Source of the DNA: an uncultured Rhodospirillaceae bacterium
GTDB taxonomy: Bacteria > Pseudomonadota > Alphaproteobacteria > Rhodospirillales > Defluviicoccaceae
Assembly: GCA_964454795.1 (NCBI GenBank)
Contig: CAYVUM010000002.1
Location: forward strand, 2,030 to 66,029
Length of the DNA: 64,000 nt
Reading direction: 5' to 3'
A program made the translations under genes and the position numbers. The number at the start of each line of letters is the position of its first letter. The stretch's first letter is position 1. Of the stretch, positions 27,043 to 37,212 are shown piece after piece. The notes under the pieces were generated by a model, which saw nothing but the letters and a program-made list of their open reading frames with translations, was not told the DNA's origin and did not search any database.

Positions 27043-27711
27043 ATGCGGACCCTGCTCCACGTCCTTCTCTCGCCAGCCTGTCGCGTTGTCCGGATCGCAC
27101 TTGCGGAGAAACGGATCGCTTTCACGCTGGCAGAGGAACCGGTCTGGGAACGGCGCCCGGCGTTTCTCGCGCTCAATCCGGCCGGCGAGGTTCCGGTGCT
27201 GATCTCCGACGACGCGCCGCCTCTGGCCGACACCCTGGCAATCTGTGAGTACCTGGAGGAGACCGTGCCGGAACCGCCACTCCACGGCGCCGATCCGGTC
27301 GAGCGGGCCGAGGTCCGCCGGCTGTTCGCCTGGTTCCACCTGAAATTCAGCGCCGAGGTGACCGAAAACCTTGTCGGCGAAAAACTGATGAAGCGCCGCG
27401 CCGGTGGCGGCCAACCTGATTCCCGGGCGATCCGCGCCGGCCATGCCAACATCCACGCCCACCTCGACTACATCGCCTACCTCACCGGCCGTCGCAACTG
27501 GCTGGCCGGAGAGCGTCTGACCTTCGCGGACCTCGCTGCCGCTGCCCATCTCAGCTGTGTTGATTACATCGGTGATGTGCCGTGGGACGAGCACGCCGAT
27601 GCGAAGGACTGGTACGCGCGCATCAAGTCCCGGCCGAGCATCCGGCCCTTACTGACCGAGTCCCTCCCGGGGCTGCCGCCGACGCCAAGCTATGCCGACC
27701 TGGACTTCTGA
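27043..27711 (+). CDS. glutathione S-transferase family protein
   Basis: N-terminal thioredoxin-like fold (SPACRVVRIALAEK...NPAGEVPVL...ICEYLEE) and a C-terminal helical GST domain. Confidence 0.88.
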   Translation: MRTLLHVLLSPACRVVRIALAEKRIAFTLAEEPVWERRPAFLALNPAGEVPVLISDDAPPLADTLAICEYLEETVPEPPLHGADPVERAEVRRLFAWFHLKFSAEVTENLVGEKLMKRRAGGGQPDSRAIRAGHANIHAHLDYIAYLTGRRNWLAGERLTFADLAAAAHLSCVDYIGDVPWDEHADAKDWYARIKSRPSIRPLLTESLPGLPPTPSYADLDF

Positions 27712-28648
27712 GCGCCCCGGAAGCGGCGGCCGGCCCCACCTGTTCTGCTTCGGTCTCGGCTACTCGGCGCTGGCGCTGGCGCGGCTGCTGATCCGCGAGG
27801 GCTGGCAGGTCTCGGGGACGTGCCGCGATCCCGCAACCATGGGAGCCTGCGCCGCGCTCGGCATCCGCTGTGTCCCGTTCGACCGCGAGCGGCCGATCGA
27901 GAAGGTCGGGGCGACCCTTGCCGGGGTCACCGATATCCTGAGTTCCGTGCCGCCCGATCCGGCCGGCGACACGGTTCTCGACCTCCACGCCGAGGACATC
28001 GCCCGGCTGCCGGGGCTGCGGTGGATCGGCTATCTTTCGACCACCGGCGTTTACGGCGACACCGGCGGCCGGGAAGTGGACGAGACCGCGCCTTTGAATC
28101 CCACCTCGGCGCGCAGCCACCGTCGCGTCGCTGCGGAAACAGCCTGGCGGCGGCTCCGCCCGGAGTCGACGGCCTCGGTGCATGTGTTCCGGCTCGCCGG
28201 CATCTACGGCCCCGGGCGCAGCGCCTTTGATGCGATCCGCGCCGGCCGGGCCCGGCGGATCGACCGGCCGGGCCATGCCTTCTCGCGCATCCACGTGGAC
28301 GACATCGCGGCCGTGCTGCGCGCCTCGATCGCCCAGCCCGAAGCCGGACAGGTGTTCAATGTCTGTGACGATGAACCGGCGGAACCGGCCGCTGTGACCG
28401 CCTACGCCTGCGGCTTGATCGGGGTCGAACCGCCGCCGCTCGAGCCTTTCGAGACCGCCGCCGCAAGCCTTTCTGCGATGGCGCGGAGTTTCTGGCAGGA
28501 CCGCCGCCGGGTCTCCAACGCCCGGATCAAGACCGCCCTCGGGGTCACCCTGCGCTATCCCGATTACCGCCGCGGCCTTGCCGCCGTGCTCGCCGCTGAG
28601 CGGCGGGAGCCGGTGGACAACGTGGCCGGGTTGGGCCAAGATCCTTAA
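27692..28648 (+). CDS. NAD(P)-binding Rossmann-fold (SDR/epimerase-like) protein
   Basis: HLFCFGLGYSALALARLL is a degenerate GxGxxG, followed by ...YLSTTGVYGD...RLAGIYGPGR. It overlaps the GST stop by 20 nt and the start is uncertain. Confidence 0.72.
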   Translation: MPTWTSERPGSGGRPHLFCFGLGYSALALARLLIREGWQVSGTCRDPATMGACAALGIRCVPFDRERPIEKVGATLAGVTDILSSVPPDPAGDTVLDLHAEDIARLPGLRWIGYLSTTGVYGDTGGREVDETAPLNPTSARSHRRVAAETAWRRLRPESTASVHVFRLAGIYGPGRSAFDAIRAGRARRIDRPGHAFSRIHVDDIAAVLRASIAQPEAGQVFNVCDDEPAEPAAVTAYACGLIGVEPPPLEPFETAAASLSAMARSFWQDRRRVSNARIKTALGVTLRYPDYRRGLAAVLAAERREPVDNVAGLGQDP

Positions 28649-30191
28649 GCAGCGTCTGGCGCGACCGGCGTCGGGCGCCGCCGGTGGAGGATCTGGGTTG
28701 CGCCTCGGCGTCCTGTTTCTGGTAGTCGGACTGCTTGCGGCGCTTGCCGGCAGCGCCGCCGACAGTCCTGTCCTCGTCGTCGACATCGAAGGCCCGATCG
28801 GTCCGGCGACCGCTGACCATGTCGTGCGGGGCCTGGAGCGGGCGGCCGACGAAAACCGCCCGGCGGTGGTCCTGCGCATGGACACACCCGGCGGCCTCGA
28901 CACTTCGATGCGGGAGATCATCCAGGCGATCCTCGCCTCCCCGGTCCCGGTGGTCTCCTGGGTGGGGCCGAGCGGCGCGCGCGCGGCCAGCGCCGGCACC
29001 TTCATCAGCTATGCGGCCCACGTGGCGGCGATGGCGCCCGGCACCAACCTGGGCGCGGCCACTCCGGTGCAGATCGGCGGCGTGCCCGGAACGCCCGGCG
29101 ACCGGCCGCCCGAAAGCGATCAGCCGCCGGGCGGTGAGCCGCCTGCGGACGGCGAGAAGCCTGCCAGTACCGGTTCCCCGTCCGCGGACGAGCAACCCGG
29201 AAACGGTGAGCCGTCCCCGGCGGACGCGGGCAGGGGCGAGCCTGCTGAGGCACCGGCCGGGGAGCTGCCCGCGGTCAAGCCCGGCTCGGCCGACAAGGCC
29301 GTCAGCGACGCCGCCGCCTATATCCGCAGCCTCGCGCAAATGCGCGGGCGCAATGCCGAATGGGGGGCCAAGGCGGTCACCGAGGCGGCAAGCCTGTCGG
29401 CAGAGGAGGCCCTGAGCGCCAATGTCATCGATGTGATCGCCGCCAGTCTGCCGGAACTGCTGACCCGGATCGACGGTCGCACCGTCACCGTCGCCGGGGT
29501 GGAACGCCGCCTCGAGACCGGCGATGCGGTCGTCGAAGTTCAGGAGGTGGACTGGCGGACCGAGTTCCTGGCGTTCATCACCAATCCCAACGTTGCCTAT
29601 ATCCTGATGCTGATTGGCATCTACGGGATCCTGTTCGAGTTCTACACTCCCGGGCTGATCGGGCCGGGCGTGGTTGGCGCCATCTGCCTGATCCTGGCCT
29701 TCTACGCCTTCCAGCTGCTGCCGGTGAACGCCGGCGGCCTGGCTCTGACCCTGCTCGGCCTGGCCCTGATCGTCGCCGAGGCGGTGACTCCCAGTTTCGG
29801 TGTCCTCGGCATCGGCGGCATCGCCGCCTTCGCGATCGGCTCGGTGATGCTGATGGACACCGACGTGCCCGGCTATACCGTCGCCTGGGAACTTGTCGGC
29901 GGCATTGCCATCGTCGCCGGCGGCCTGCTGTTGCTGGTGCTGACGATGGCAGTCAGGGGCCGCAAGCGGCCGGTGGTCTCCGGCGTGGCGGCCATGCTCG
30001 GCTCGACCGGAGTGGTCTCCGAGTGGCACGGCGACGAGGGCCTCGTTCATACCCACGGCGAGATCTGGCAGGCGCGCGCCGACACGCCGTTGCGGGCGGG
30101 GGAGACAGTCAGAGTTAAGGCCGTCAACGGCCTTCTGCTCGATGTGGAGCCGCTTCGCAACCTCCCCGAAGATAAGGAGAGCGGGAGATGA
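28578..30191 (+). CDS. NfeD-family membrane-bound ClpP-class serine protease
   Basis: VLVVDIEGPIGPATADHVVRGL...VVLRMDTPGGL...ARAASAGTFISYAAHVAAMAPGT is the protease domain, followed by 4-5 TM helices and a C-terminal OB domain (GLVHTHGEIWQARAD...VRVKAV). The start is uncertain; it may be an internal TTG near 28697. Confidence 0.85.
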   Translation: MPPCSPLSGGSRWTTWPGWAKILKQRLARPASGAAGGGSGLRLGVLFLVVGLLAALAGSAADSPVLVVDIEGPIGPATADHVVRGLERAADENRPAVVLRMDTPGGLDTSMREIIQAILASPVPVVSWVGPSGARAASAGTFISYAAHVAAMAPGTNLGAATPVQIGGVPGTPGDRPPESDQPPGGEPPADGEKPASTGSPSADEQPGNGEPSPADAGRGEPAEAPAGELPAVKPGSADKAVSDAAAYIRSLAQMRGRNAEWGAKAVTEAASLSAEEALSANVIDVIAASLPELLTRIDGRTVTVAGVERRLETGDAVVEVQEVDWRTEFLAFITNPNVAYILMLIGIYGILFEFYTPGLIGPGVVGAICLILAFYAFQLLPVNAGGLALTLLGLALIVAEAVTPSFGVLGIGGIAAFAIGSVMLMDTDVPGYTVAWELVGGIAIVAGGLLLLVLTMAVRGRKRPVVSGVAAMLGSTGVVSEWHGDEGLVHTHGEIWQARADTPLRAGETVRVKAVNGLLLDVEPLRNLPEDKESGR

Positions 30192-30961
30192 TTCTGGAGT
30201 TTCTTTTTAACAATATTCTCGGTTTGGCGGTCGTTCTGCTCATCGTCATCCTGGTCATTGCCTCGCTTTACATCTTCCGCGAGTACGAGCGTGGCGTGGT
30301 GTTCTTCCTCGGCCGGTTCTGGAACGTCAAAGGCCCGGGCTTGGTAGTCATCATCCCGGTGGTGCAGCAGGTTGTCCGGGTCGACCTTCGCACCCGGGTG
30401 CTCGATGTGCCGCAGCAGGACGTGATCTCCCGGGACAACGTCTCGGTGCGGGTCAATGCGGTGATCTATTACCGGGTGATGGACCCGGAACGGGCGATCA
30501 TCCAGGTCGAAGAGTTCACCGCCGCAACCAGCCAGCTGGCCCAGACGACGCTGCGCTCGGTCCTCGGTCAGCACGATCTCGACGAGATGCTTGCCGAACG
30601 GGACAAGCTCAACGCCCATATCCAGCGCATCCTCGACGAGGCGACCGAAGCCTGGGGCATCAAGGTCTCCAACGTGGAACTGAAGCACGTGGACCTGGAC
30701 GAGAGCATGATCCGGGCGATCGCCAGGCAGGCCGAAGCCGAACGCCTGCGCCGGGCCAAGATCATCGACGCCGAGGGCGAGAAGCAGGCCGCCCAGCGCT
30801 TCCTCGACGCCGCCAATGTCCTGGCCCAGCAGCCCCAGGCGTTGCAGCTGCGCTATCTGACCACCCTGAGCGGCATCGCCAGCGACAAGACCTCGACGGT
30901 GGTCTTCCCGCTGCCGCTGGAGATGCTGCGCGCCTTTGGAATGACCAGCAAGGGCGAGTAA
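30188..30961 (+). CDS. SPFH/band-7 (stomatin-like) protein
   Basis: REYERGVVFFLGRF...GPGLVVIIPVVQQV...VPQQDVISRDNVSV. A 4-nt overlap with NfeD gives the classic NfeD-stomatin operon. Confidence 0.92.
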   Translation: MILEFLFNNILGLAVVLLIVILVIASLYIFREYERGVVFFLGRFWNVKGPGLVVIIPVVQQVVRVDLRTRVLDVPQQDVISRDNVSVRVNAVIYYRVMDPERAIIQVEEFTAATSQLAQTTLRSVLGQHDLDEMLAERDKLNAHIQRILDEATEAWGIKVSNVELKHVDLDESMIRAIARQAEAERLRRAKIIDAEGEKQAAQRFLDAANVLAQQPQALQLRYLTTLSGIASDKTSTVVFPLPLEMLRAFGMTSKGE

Positions 30962-31033
30962 CGGGAGAGCAGAGCCAGGCTCTTCCCTGTCAGCCGGCGA
31001 CGTTCTCCGGCAGGCGCCTTCCGCTTGCGCAGA

Positions 31034-31831
31034 TCAGTCAGCCGTACCCGCGGCCGCCAGGACGACCTCAAGGGTCCGGCACAGCCGCTCCAGGTCTGCC
31101 GGCTCGGACAGCCGGTGGCCCCCACCTTTGATCAGGGTGACCTCCACATCCTGCGCGTTCAAGCGCTCCGCAAGGGCCAGGGAGGTCTGCCAGGGGACGT
31201 CGGGGTCCTCGAGGCCGTGGATCAGTCGCACCGGCCCCGCAAACGGGATCGGCGCACGCAACACCAGGTGGTTGCGGCCGTCCTCGAGAATCCGCCGGGT
31301 CACCAGGGTGGGTTCGGGATCGTAGGGACTGGAAAGCGGTACGACCCCGTCGCGGGCGAGCACCTGTTTCTCCGTATCGCTGAGCCGGGGCACGATCAGG
31401 TCTTCCGTGAAATCGGGGGCGGCGGCGATTCCCAACAATCCCGCGACCCGCTCGGGGCGGCGTCTTGCCACCAGGGTCATGATCCAGCCACCGAGGCTGG
31501 AGCCGACCAGCACCTGCGGCCCTTCGGTCAGGTGGTCGAGAACGAACACGGCATCGTCGGCCCAGCGGCCGATCGTGCCCTCGTTGAAGGCGCCGCTGGA
31601 GGCCCCGTGGCCGAGATAATCGAAGCGCACGAACGCCCGGCCCCAATCCTGGCAGTGGCGTTCGAGCCGGAGCGCCTTGCCGCCGGTCATGTCGGAACGG
31701 TAGCCGGTCAGGAAGATCACCCCGGGAGCCTTGCCAGGGGTGCGATGGTAGGCGATCATCATTCCGTCCTCGCGTGCGATCCGCCCGGGTGCCGTCGCAT
31801 CACCGCCGGTGAAGCCTGCCCTGTCCGTCAT
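31034..31831 (-). CDS. alpha/beta hydrolase
   Basis: VIFLTGYRSDMTGGKA...DYLGHGASSG...LVGSSLGG (nucleophile elbow)...GLEDPDVP...GGGHRL. The track ORF (to 32128) was trimmed to ATG 31831. The internal MMIAY start is also possible. Confidence 0.83.
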   Translation of the reverse strand: MTDRAGFTGGDATAPGRIAREDGMMIAYHRTPGKAPGVIFLTGYRSDMTGGKALRLERHCQDWGRAFVRFDYLGHGASSGAFNEGTIGRWADDAVFVLDHLTEGPQVLVGSSLGGWIMTLVARRRPERVAGLLGIAAAPDFTEDLIVPRLSDTEKQVLARDGVVPLSSPYDPEPTLVTRRILEDGRNHLVLRAPIPFAGPVRLIHGLEDPDVPWQTSLALAERLNAQDVEVTLIKGGGHRLSEPADLERLCRTLEVVLAAAGTAD

Positions 31832-33059
31832 GCTGCCCTCCGAACTCGAGCCCGCCGTGGCCGGCCCGGATCCTAACATCCCGGCGCCGGTGGCGCCCAC
31901 CGCTCCCGACCTGACCGGCCGGACGATCCTGCAGGTGCTGCCGGCGCTCGGCTCCCAGGGGGGCGTGGAACGGGGCACGGTGGAGGTCACCGGCGCGATC
32001 GCCGCTGCCGGCGGCCGGGCGCTGGTGGTGTCCGCCGGGGGGCCGAGGATGGCGGCCGTCCGCCATGCCGGCGGCGAGCATATCGAACTGACCGTCGATA
32101 CCAAGAATCCGCTCGTGATCGCCGCCAACGCGGTGCGGCTCGCCGCGATTCTCCGGCGCGAGAGCGTCGATTTAATTCACGCCCGCTCGCGGGCGCCGGC
32201 GTGGAGTGCCTGGCACGCGGCGGGCCGGGCCGGTGTGCCGTTCCTGACCACCTTCCACGGCACCTACGGACATGGCAGCCGCCTGAAACGAGCCTACAAT
32301 CAGGTGATGACCCGCGGTGAGCGGGTGATCGCGATCTCCCGTTTCATCGCTGATCATCTGGTCGCCATCTACGGGGTCGATCCCGCCAGGATCCGGGTGA
32401 TCCATCGCGGCGTGGACATCACCACGTTCGATCCGGACAAAGTCTCAGGGGTCAGGGTTTCGGCGCTGGCCGGCCGCTGGCGCCTGGCCGATGGCCTGCC
32501 GGTGGTCCTGCTGCCCGGACGGCTGACCCGCTGGAAGGGTCAGACGGTGTTCCTGGAAGCGCTCGCCAGGCTCGGCCATACCCGCCTGCAGGCAGTGATT
32601 CTCGGCAGCGATCAGGGCCGCACCGGATACCGCGACGAACTGGAGGGACTGGTGCGCCACTACGGTCTCGAGACCGTCGTCCGCCTGATCGACCATTGCG
32701 AGGATATTCCTGCCGCCTACCGGCTGGCGGACGTGGTTGTCTCGGCCTCGACAGAGCCGGAGGCGTTCGGCCGGATCGCCATCGAGGCGCAGGCGATGGC
32801 CCGTCCGGTGATCGCCACGGACCACGGCGGGGCGCGGGAGACGGTGCTTCCCGGCCGGACCGGCTGGCTGATTGCGCCGGACGACGCCCCGGCGCTGACC
32901 GCCGCCCTCGATCACGCTCTCAAACTTCCCACCGCCGCCCGCGAGGCCATCGGCGCGGCCGGCCGCACCCATGTGCGGAGCCGCTTCACCACCGCACAGA
33001 TGTGCCGGGAGACGCTCGCCGTGTACGCCGAAGTGCTCGCCGGAGCCGGGCGGCGGTGA
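31809..33059 (+). CDS. glycosyltransferase family 4 (GT-B, group 1)
   Basis: ILQVLPALGSQGGVERGT...; the C-terminal EPEAFGRIAIEAQAMARPVIATDHGGARETV is an E-x7-E-type motif. The start is uncertain (GTG 31809, ATG 31830 or further downstream). Confidence 0.87.
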   Translation: MKPALSVMLPSELEPAVAGPDPNIPAPVAPTAPDLTGRTILQVLPALGSQGGVERGTVEVTGAIAAAGGRALVVSAGGPRMAAVRHAGGEHIELTVDTKNPLVIAANAVRLAAILRRESVDLIHARSRAPAWSAWHAAGRAGVPFLTTFHGTYGHGSRLKRAYNQVMTRGERVIAISRFIADHLVAIYGVDPARIRVIHRGVDITTFDPDKVSGVRVSALAGRWRLADGLPVVLLPGRLTRWKGQTVFLEALARLGHTRLQAVILGSDQGRTGYRDELEGLVRHYGLETVVRLIDHCEDIPAAYRLADVVVSASTEPEAFGRIAIEAQAMARPVIATDHGGARETVLPGRTGWLIAPDDAPALTAALDHALKLPTAAREAIGAAGRTHVRSRFTTAQMCRETLAVYAEVLAGAGRR

Positions 33060-34057
33060 CCGACCCGCCAGCGATTCTGGTGATCAAGCACGGCGCTCTC
33101 GGCGATTTCGTCCAGGCTTTCGGCCCCTTTCAGGCAATCCGCCGGCATCACCGGGACGCCCGGATCGTCCTGCTGACCACCGCGCCGTTCGTCGACTTGG
33201 CCACGCAGACCGGCTGGTTCGACGTCGTGTGGGTCGACGAACGGCCGAAACCGCTGCAGGCGGCCGGCTGGCTGGCGCTTCGCCGACGCTTGCGGGGCGG
33301 TCGTTTTGCCCGGGTGTACGACCTGCAGACCTCGACCCGCAGCTCCGCTTATTTCCAGCTGTTGCGACCGGGACCAAGGCCCGAGTGGTCGGGGATCGCG
33401 CCCGGCTGCTCCCATCCCCACGATAACCCGCGGCGGGATGTCCTGCACACCCTCGAGCGCCAGGCCGAGCAGCTTGCCCGCGCCGGGATCGCCGCCGTGC
33501 CGCCGCCCGATTTCTCCTGGCTGCCGGGCCCGCCAGCCGGCGATGGTGATGATCCGCCGCCGGTGCTGCTTGTCCCCGGCGGCTCCGGCCATCGGCCCGG
33601 CAAACGCTGGCCCGCGGAGCGGTATGCAGCGCTGGCAAGCCGGCTGATTGCGGCCGGTCAGCGGCCGGTCCTGATCGGCACCGCCGGCGAAGCCGACCTG
33701 CACGCGCGGATCCGCGCTGCCTGCCCCGGGGCCGAGAGCCTTGCCGGCCGGACCGGGTTGACCGACCTGGCGCGGCTCGCCCGTCGCGCCGCAGCCGCGA
33801 TCGGCAACGATACCGGCCCGATGCACTTGTTTGCGGTCGCCGGCTGCCCGTCCGTGGTGTTGTTCTCAGCGGAGTCCAATCCGGCGCTGTGCGCACCCCG
33901 CGGTCCGGCCGTCACCGTTCTGCGCCGGTCCCGCCTCGCGGATCTGGGCCTCGAAGAGGTGTTGAGCGCCGTTGCTTTTCCGGGTGCCGTCCTTGACAGC
34001 GGCGCTCTGCTCTCTAGAGTCCCGGGAGAGCCCGAGGTCGTGGTGGCCAAGCGGTAA
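33056..34057 (+). CDS. glycosyltransferase family 9 (heptosyltransferase-like)
   Basis: [26 protein letters not shown]...[21 protein letters not shown]...[12 protein letters not shown] 33056 overlaps the GT4 stop (GTGA). The rest of track ORF 32696.. is out-of-context junk. Confidence 0.85.
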   Translation: MTDPPAILVIKHGALGDFVQAFGPFQAIRRHHRDARIVLLTTAPFVDLATQTGWFDVVWVDERPKPLQAAGWLALRRRLRGGRFARVYDLQTSTRSSAYFQLLRPGPRPEWSGIAPGCSHPHDNPRRDVLHTLERQAEQLARAGIAAVPPPDFSWLPGPPAGDGDDPPPVLLVPGGSGHRPGKRWPAERYAALASRLIAAGQRPVLIGTAGEADLHARIRAACPGAESLAGRTGLTDLARLARRAAAAIGNDTGPMHLFAVAGCPSVVLFSAESNPALCAPRGPAVTVLRRSRLADLGLEEVLSAVAFPGAVLDSGALLSRVPGEPEVVVAKR

Positions 34058-34073
34058 CCGCTCCGGCTTTTTT
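34046..34073 (+). terminator. possible weak intrinsic terminator/attenuator (interrupted hairpin plus T6)
   Basis: gcc-aa-gcgg-taa-ccgc-tcc-ggc is followed by tttttt (34068-34073). A T6 run is rare in this GC-rich window, but the stem is short and interrupted. Confidence 0.3.
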
Positions 34074-34074
34074 C

Positions 34075-36048
34075 GTGACAATCGATGGACGAACCGTCGT
34101 GGATCAACAGCTCGCTCTCGAGAGCGTCGTGCGCATTACCCTGCCCGATGGCAGCGTGCGGACCTATGACCGCCCGGTCAGCGGCGGGGAGATTGCTGCC
34201 GACATCGGCCCCGGCTTGGCCAAGGCCGCCCTGGCTGTGCGGATCGACGGGCGGCTCTGCGATCTGGCGACGGTCATCGGCTCCGACGCAAGCGTCGCCA
34301 TCGTCACCCGCAACGATCCGGAGGCGCTGGAACTGATCCGCCACGATGCCGCGCACGTCATGGCGCAGGCCGTCCAGGAGCTGTTTCCTGGCACCCAGGT
34401 GACCATCGGCCCGGCGATCGAGAACGGCTTCTACTACGACTTCGCCCGCAACGAGCCGTTCAGCACCGATGATTTTCCGGCGATCGAGCAGCGGATGGTG
34501 GAGATCGTCGACCGGGATCTGCCGCTGGTGCGCGAAATCTGGGACCGGGGCGAGGCCATCGCGTACTTCGAAGGGATCGGCGAAAGCTACAAGGCGGAGA
34601 TCATCCAGGATCTGCCGGAACACGCGCCGATCAGCGTTTATCGCCAGGGTGACTGGCTCGACCTGTGTACCGGACCGCATCTGCCCTCCACCGGCAAGCT
34701 CGGCAAGGCATTCAAGCTGATGAAGCTGGCCGGCGCGTACTGGCGCGGGGATTCGCGCAACGCCATGCTGCAGCGGATCTACGGCACCGCCTGGGCCGAC
34801 GAGAAGCAGCTGAAGTCCTACCTGCACCTCCTTGAGGAAGCGGAGAAACGTGATCACCGCCGGCTCGGCCGGGAGTTGCATCTGTTCCACTTCCAGGAGG
34901 AAGCCCAGGGTTCGGTCTTCTGGCATCCGAAAGGCTGGACGCTGTACCGCCTGCTCGAACGCTACATGCGCGAGCGGCTCGAGGCCGCCGGCTACGTGGA
35001 GGTCAAGACCCCCCAGCTCGTTGACCGCTCATTGTGGGAGCAATCGGGCCACTGGGAGAAATTCCGCGAGGACATGTTCACTGCCGAGGCGGAGGATAAG
35101 ACCCTCGCCTTGAAGCCGATGAACTGTCCGTGCCACGTGCAGATCTTCAAACAGGGTCTGAAAAGCTATCGTGACCTGCCATTGCGGATGGCGGAATTCG
35201 GTTCGTGCCATCGTAACGAAGCGTCCGGCGCCCTCCACGGGCTGATGCGGGTGCGGGCGTTCACCCAGGACGACGCCCACATTTTCTGCACCGAGGATCA
35301 GATCATCTCGGAGACCCGGATCTTCTGCGACCTGCTTCGCAGTGTTTACGAAGACCTCGGCTTCACGGACGTGGTGGTCAAGTTCTCTGACCGGCCGGAG
35401 CGCCGCGCGGGCAGCGACGACGTCTGGGACAAGGCGGAACGGGCGTTGCGTGAAGCGACGGCGGCGGTGGGACTTGAGACCCTCCTTAATCCCGGCGAAG
35501 GCGCATTCTACGGCCCGAAGCTCGAGTTCGTGCTCCGCGATGCCATCGGCCGCGACTGGCAGCTCGGCACCTTGCAGGTGGACTTCGTGCTGCCGGAGCG
35601 GCTCGATGCATCCTATATCGGCGAAGACGGCGAAAAGCATCGCCCGGTCATGCTGCACCGCGCGATCCTCGGATCGTTCGAGCGATTCATCGGCGTTCTG
35701 CTTGAGCATTATGCCGGCAGACTGCCGTTGTGGCTGGCCCCGGTGCAGGTGGTGGTTGCGACGATCACCAACGAAGTCGACGACTACGCCCGGGACGTCG
35801 GCGCAACCCTTGCGTCTGCCGGCCTGCGAACCGAAATCGATACACGTAACGAAAAAATTAATTATAAGGTGCGAGAGCACAGCCTCGCGAAAGTTCCGGT
35901 GATCGCCGTTGTCGGCGAGCGCGAGCGGGAGGAGCGCACCGTGGCCTTGCGGCGGCTCGGCAGCACCATGCAGCACACCTGTGGCCTGAGCGAGGCCGTG
36001 GCCGGTCTGTCCGAGGAGGCGAGGCCGCCCTCGGGCGCCCGGCCGTGA
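34075..36048 (+). CDS. thrS: threonine--tRNA ligase
   Basis: TGS domain ([12 protein letters not shown]), editing domain ([11 protein letters not shown]), class II core ([26 protein letters not shown]) and anticodon-binding C-terminus. The start is GTG 34075 (track), or GTG 34129, which would give the typical [10 protein letters not shown]-terminus. Confidence 0.96.
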   Translation: MTIDGRTVVDQQLALESVVRITLPDGSVRTYDRPVSGGEIAADIGPGLAKAALAVRIDGRLCDLATVIGSDASVAIVTRNDPEALELIRHDAAHVMAQAVQELFPGTQVTIGPAIENGFYYDFARNEPFSTDDFPAIEQRMVEIVDRDLPLVREIWDRGEAIAYFEGIGESYKAEIIQDLPEHAPISVYRQGDWLDLCTGPHLPSTGKLGKAFKLMKLAGAYWRGDSRNAMLQRIYGTAWADEKQLKSYLHLLEEAEKRDHRRLGRELHLFHFQEEAQGSVFWHPKGWTLYRLLERYMRERLEAAGYVEVKTPQLVDRSLWEQSGHWEKFREDMFTAEAEDKTLALKPMNCPCHVQIFKQGLKSYRDLPLRMAEFGSCHRNEASGALHGLMRVRAFTQDDAHIFCTEDQIISETRIFCDLLRSVYEDLGFTDVVVKFSDRPERRAGSDDVWDKAERALREATAAVGLETLLNPGEGAFYGPKLEFVLRDAIGRDWQLGTLQVDFVLPERLDASYIGEDGEKHRPVMLHRAILGSFERFIGVLLEHYAGRLPLWLAPVQVVVATITNEVDDYARDVGATLASAGLRTEIDTRNEKINYKVREHSLAKVPVIAVVGEREREERTVALRRLGSTMQHTCGLSEAVAGLSEEARPPSGARP

Positions 36049-36482
36049 TCCTGCCCGTGACATCGATGGGGCAGTCGCGAGGGGGCGCTGGTCAAACCGC
36101 ACGCTCCTCGTGGGAGGTCCGGATGTTTCCCGAGACCGCATATTGACATGCACGTGAGCAGGCGGGCTCGGAGACCGGACCTGAATGGTCGGCGCGGGCG
36201 GCTGCCTTTTGGCCGGTGGCCTGCGGCCGTCGCCGGGATCGTGCGGCTTCGCGGATCGTACCCGGCACCCCAAGCCGCTGCGCGGCCCGCGTTGGGAGCC
36301 GCCCGGTACGGGACCGAAGCGGTGATCGCGGCCGGTTCATCGCGCCCGGCCGAGATGATCGCCGGCCGTTTTGCGGCGACAGCGCCGTGTGCATCCGGCC
36401 CCCTGCCCAACCTTTACCCGCGCGGGGGCGCTCTTGTGACGGACGAGATGTCCGCGTCTCAACAACCAAAGGAGATGTTGCC

Positions 36483-37019
36483 ATAGCCAGACCGACGACC
36501 CCCCAACCGCCCGTCAAGGAAGGCCCACGGATCAATGAGGAAATCACCGTCCCGAAAGTCCGGGTGATTGGTGCCGCCGGCGAACAGCTCGGGATTCTGT
36601 CGATCACCGAAGCGCGTCGTGCGGCCCTCGATGCGGGTCTTGACCTTGTTGAGGTGGCCGGCACCGCCGATCCGCCAGTGTGCAAGATTCTCGACTACGG
36701 AAAATTCAAGTACGAGAGTCAGAAAAAGAAAAACGAAGCCCGGAAAAAGCAAAAGGTCATCGAGGTCAAGGAGATTAAAATGCGGCCGGGAATTGACGAG
36801 CATGATTACAATGTCAAGCTCGGTCATATGCGCCGCTTCCTTGACGAGGGTGACAAAGTCAAGGTGACGATCCGCTTTCGCGGCCGGGAGCTTGCCCACC
36901 AGGACCTGGGTCTCAAGGTCCTCGACCGGGTCCGGGAGGAGCTCGACGAACTGGCCAAGGTCGAGCAATTTCCGAAGGTCGAAGGCCGGCAGATGATCAT
37001 GGTGATTGCGCCGCGCTGA
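36483..37019 (+). CDS. infC: translation initiation factor IF-3, apparent ATA start
   Basis: ...[25 protein letters not shown]...[13 protein letters not shown]...[14 protein letters not shown]...IRFRGRE. AAGGAG (36469-36474) lies 8 nt before ATA 36483. No in-frame ATG/GTG/TTG sits at a plausible position. The resulting length of 178 aa is typical. Confidence 0.88.
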   Translation: MARPTTPQPPVKEGPRINEEITVPKVRVIGAAGEQLGILSITEARRAALDAGLDLVEVAGTADPPVCKILDYGKFKYESQKKKNEARKKQKVIEVKEIKMRPGIDEHDYNVKLGHMRRFLDEGDKVKVTIRFRGRELAHQDLGLKVLDRVREELDELAKVEQFPKVEGRQMIMVIAPR

Positions 37020-37212
37020 GGCACCTCCGCCTGCCCTTGCATTCCCCGGGCTGCACCCGTATAAGCCCTGGCTTCAGGCCAAAGCTGCCGGGGTCGGGGC
37101 CGGGTTGTCCGGGCCGCGAACATCCGTCGTCCGGCAGCAGATTGCAGAAGCCTGTCGCTGCCGGCAACGGTGGTGGAGCATCGATCCGCGCCAGCCAATT
37201 AAGGAGCGCCAC

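Noticed and set aside
33658-36273. Minus-strand ORFs 33658..34926 (422 aa) and 35029..36273 (414 aa)
   Set aside because: They are antisense to the heptosyltransferase gene and thrS. No motifs are present and the composition is shadow-like.
36148-36486. ORF ending ...KEMLP that contains the only ATG near the infC ribosome-binding site
   Set aside because: That ATG (36475) is out of frame with IF-3 and terminates after three codons. The rest of the ORF is intergenic junk. It was therefore rejected as the infC start in favour of ATA 36483.
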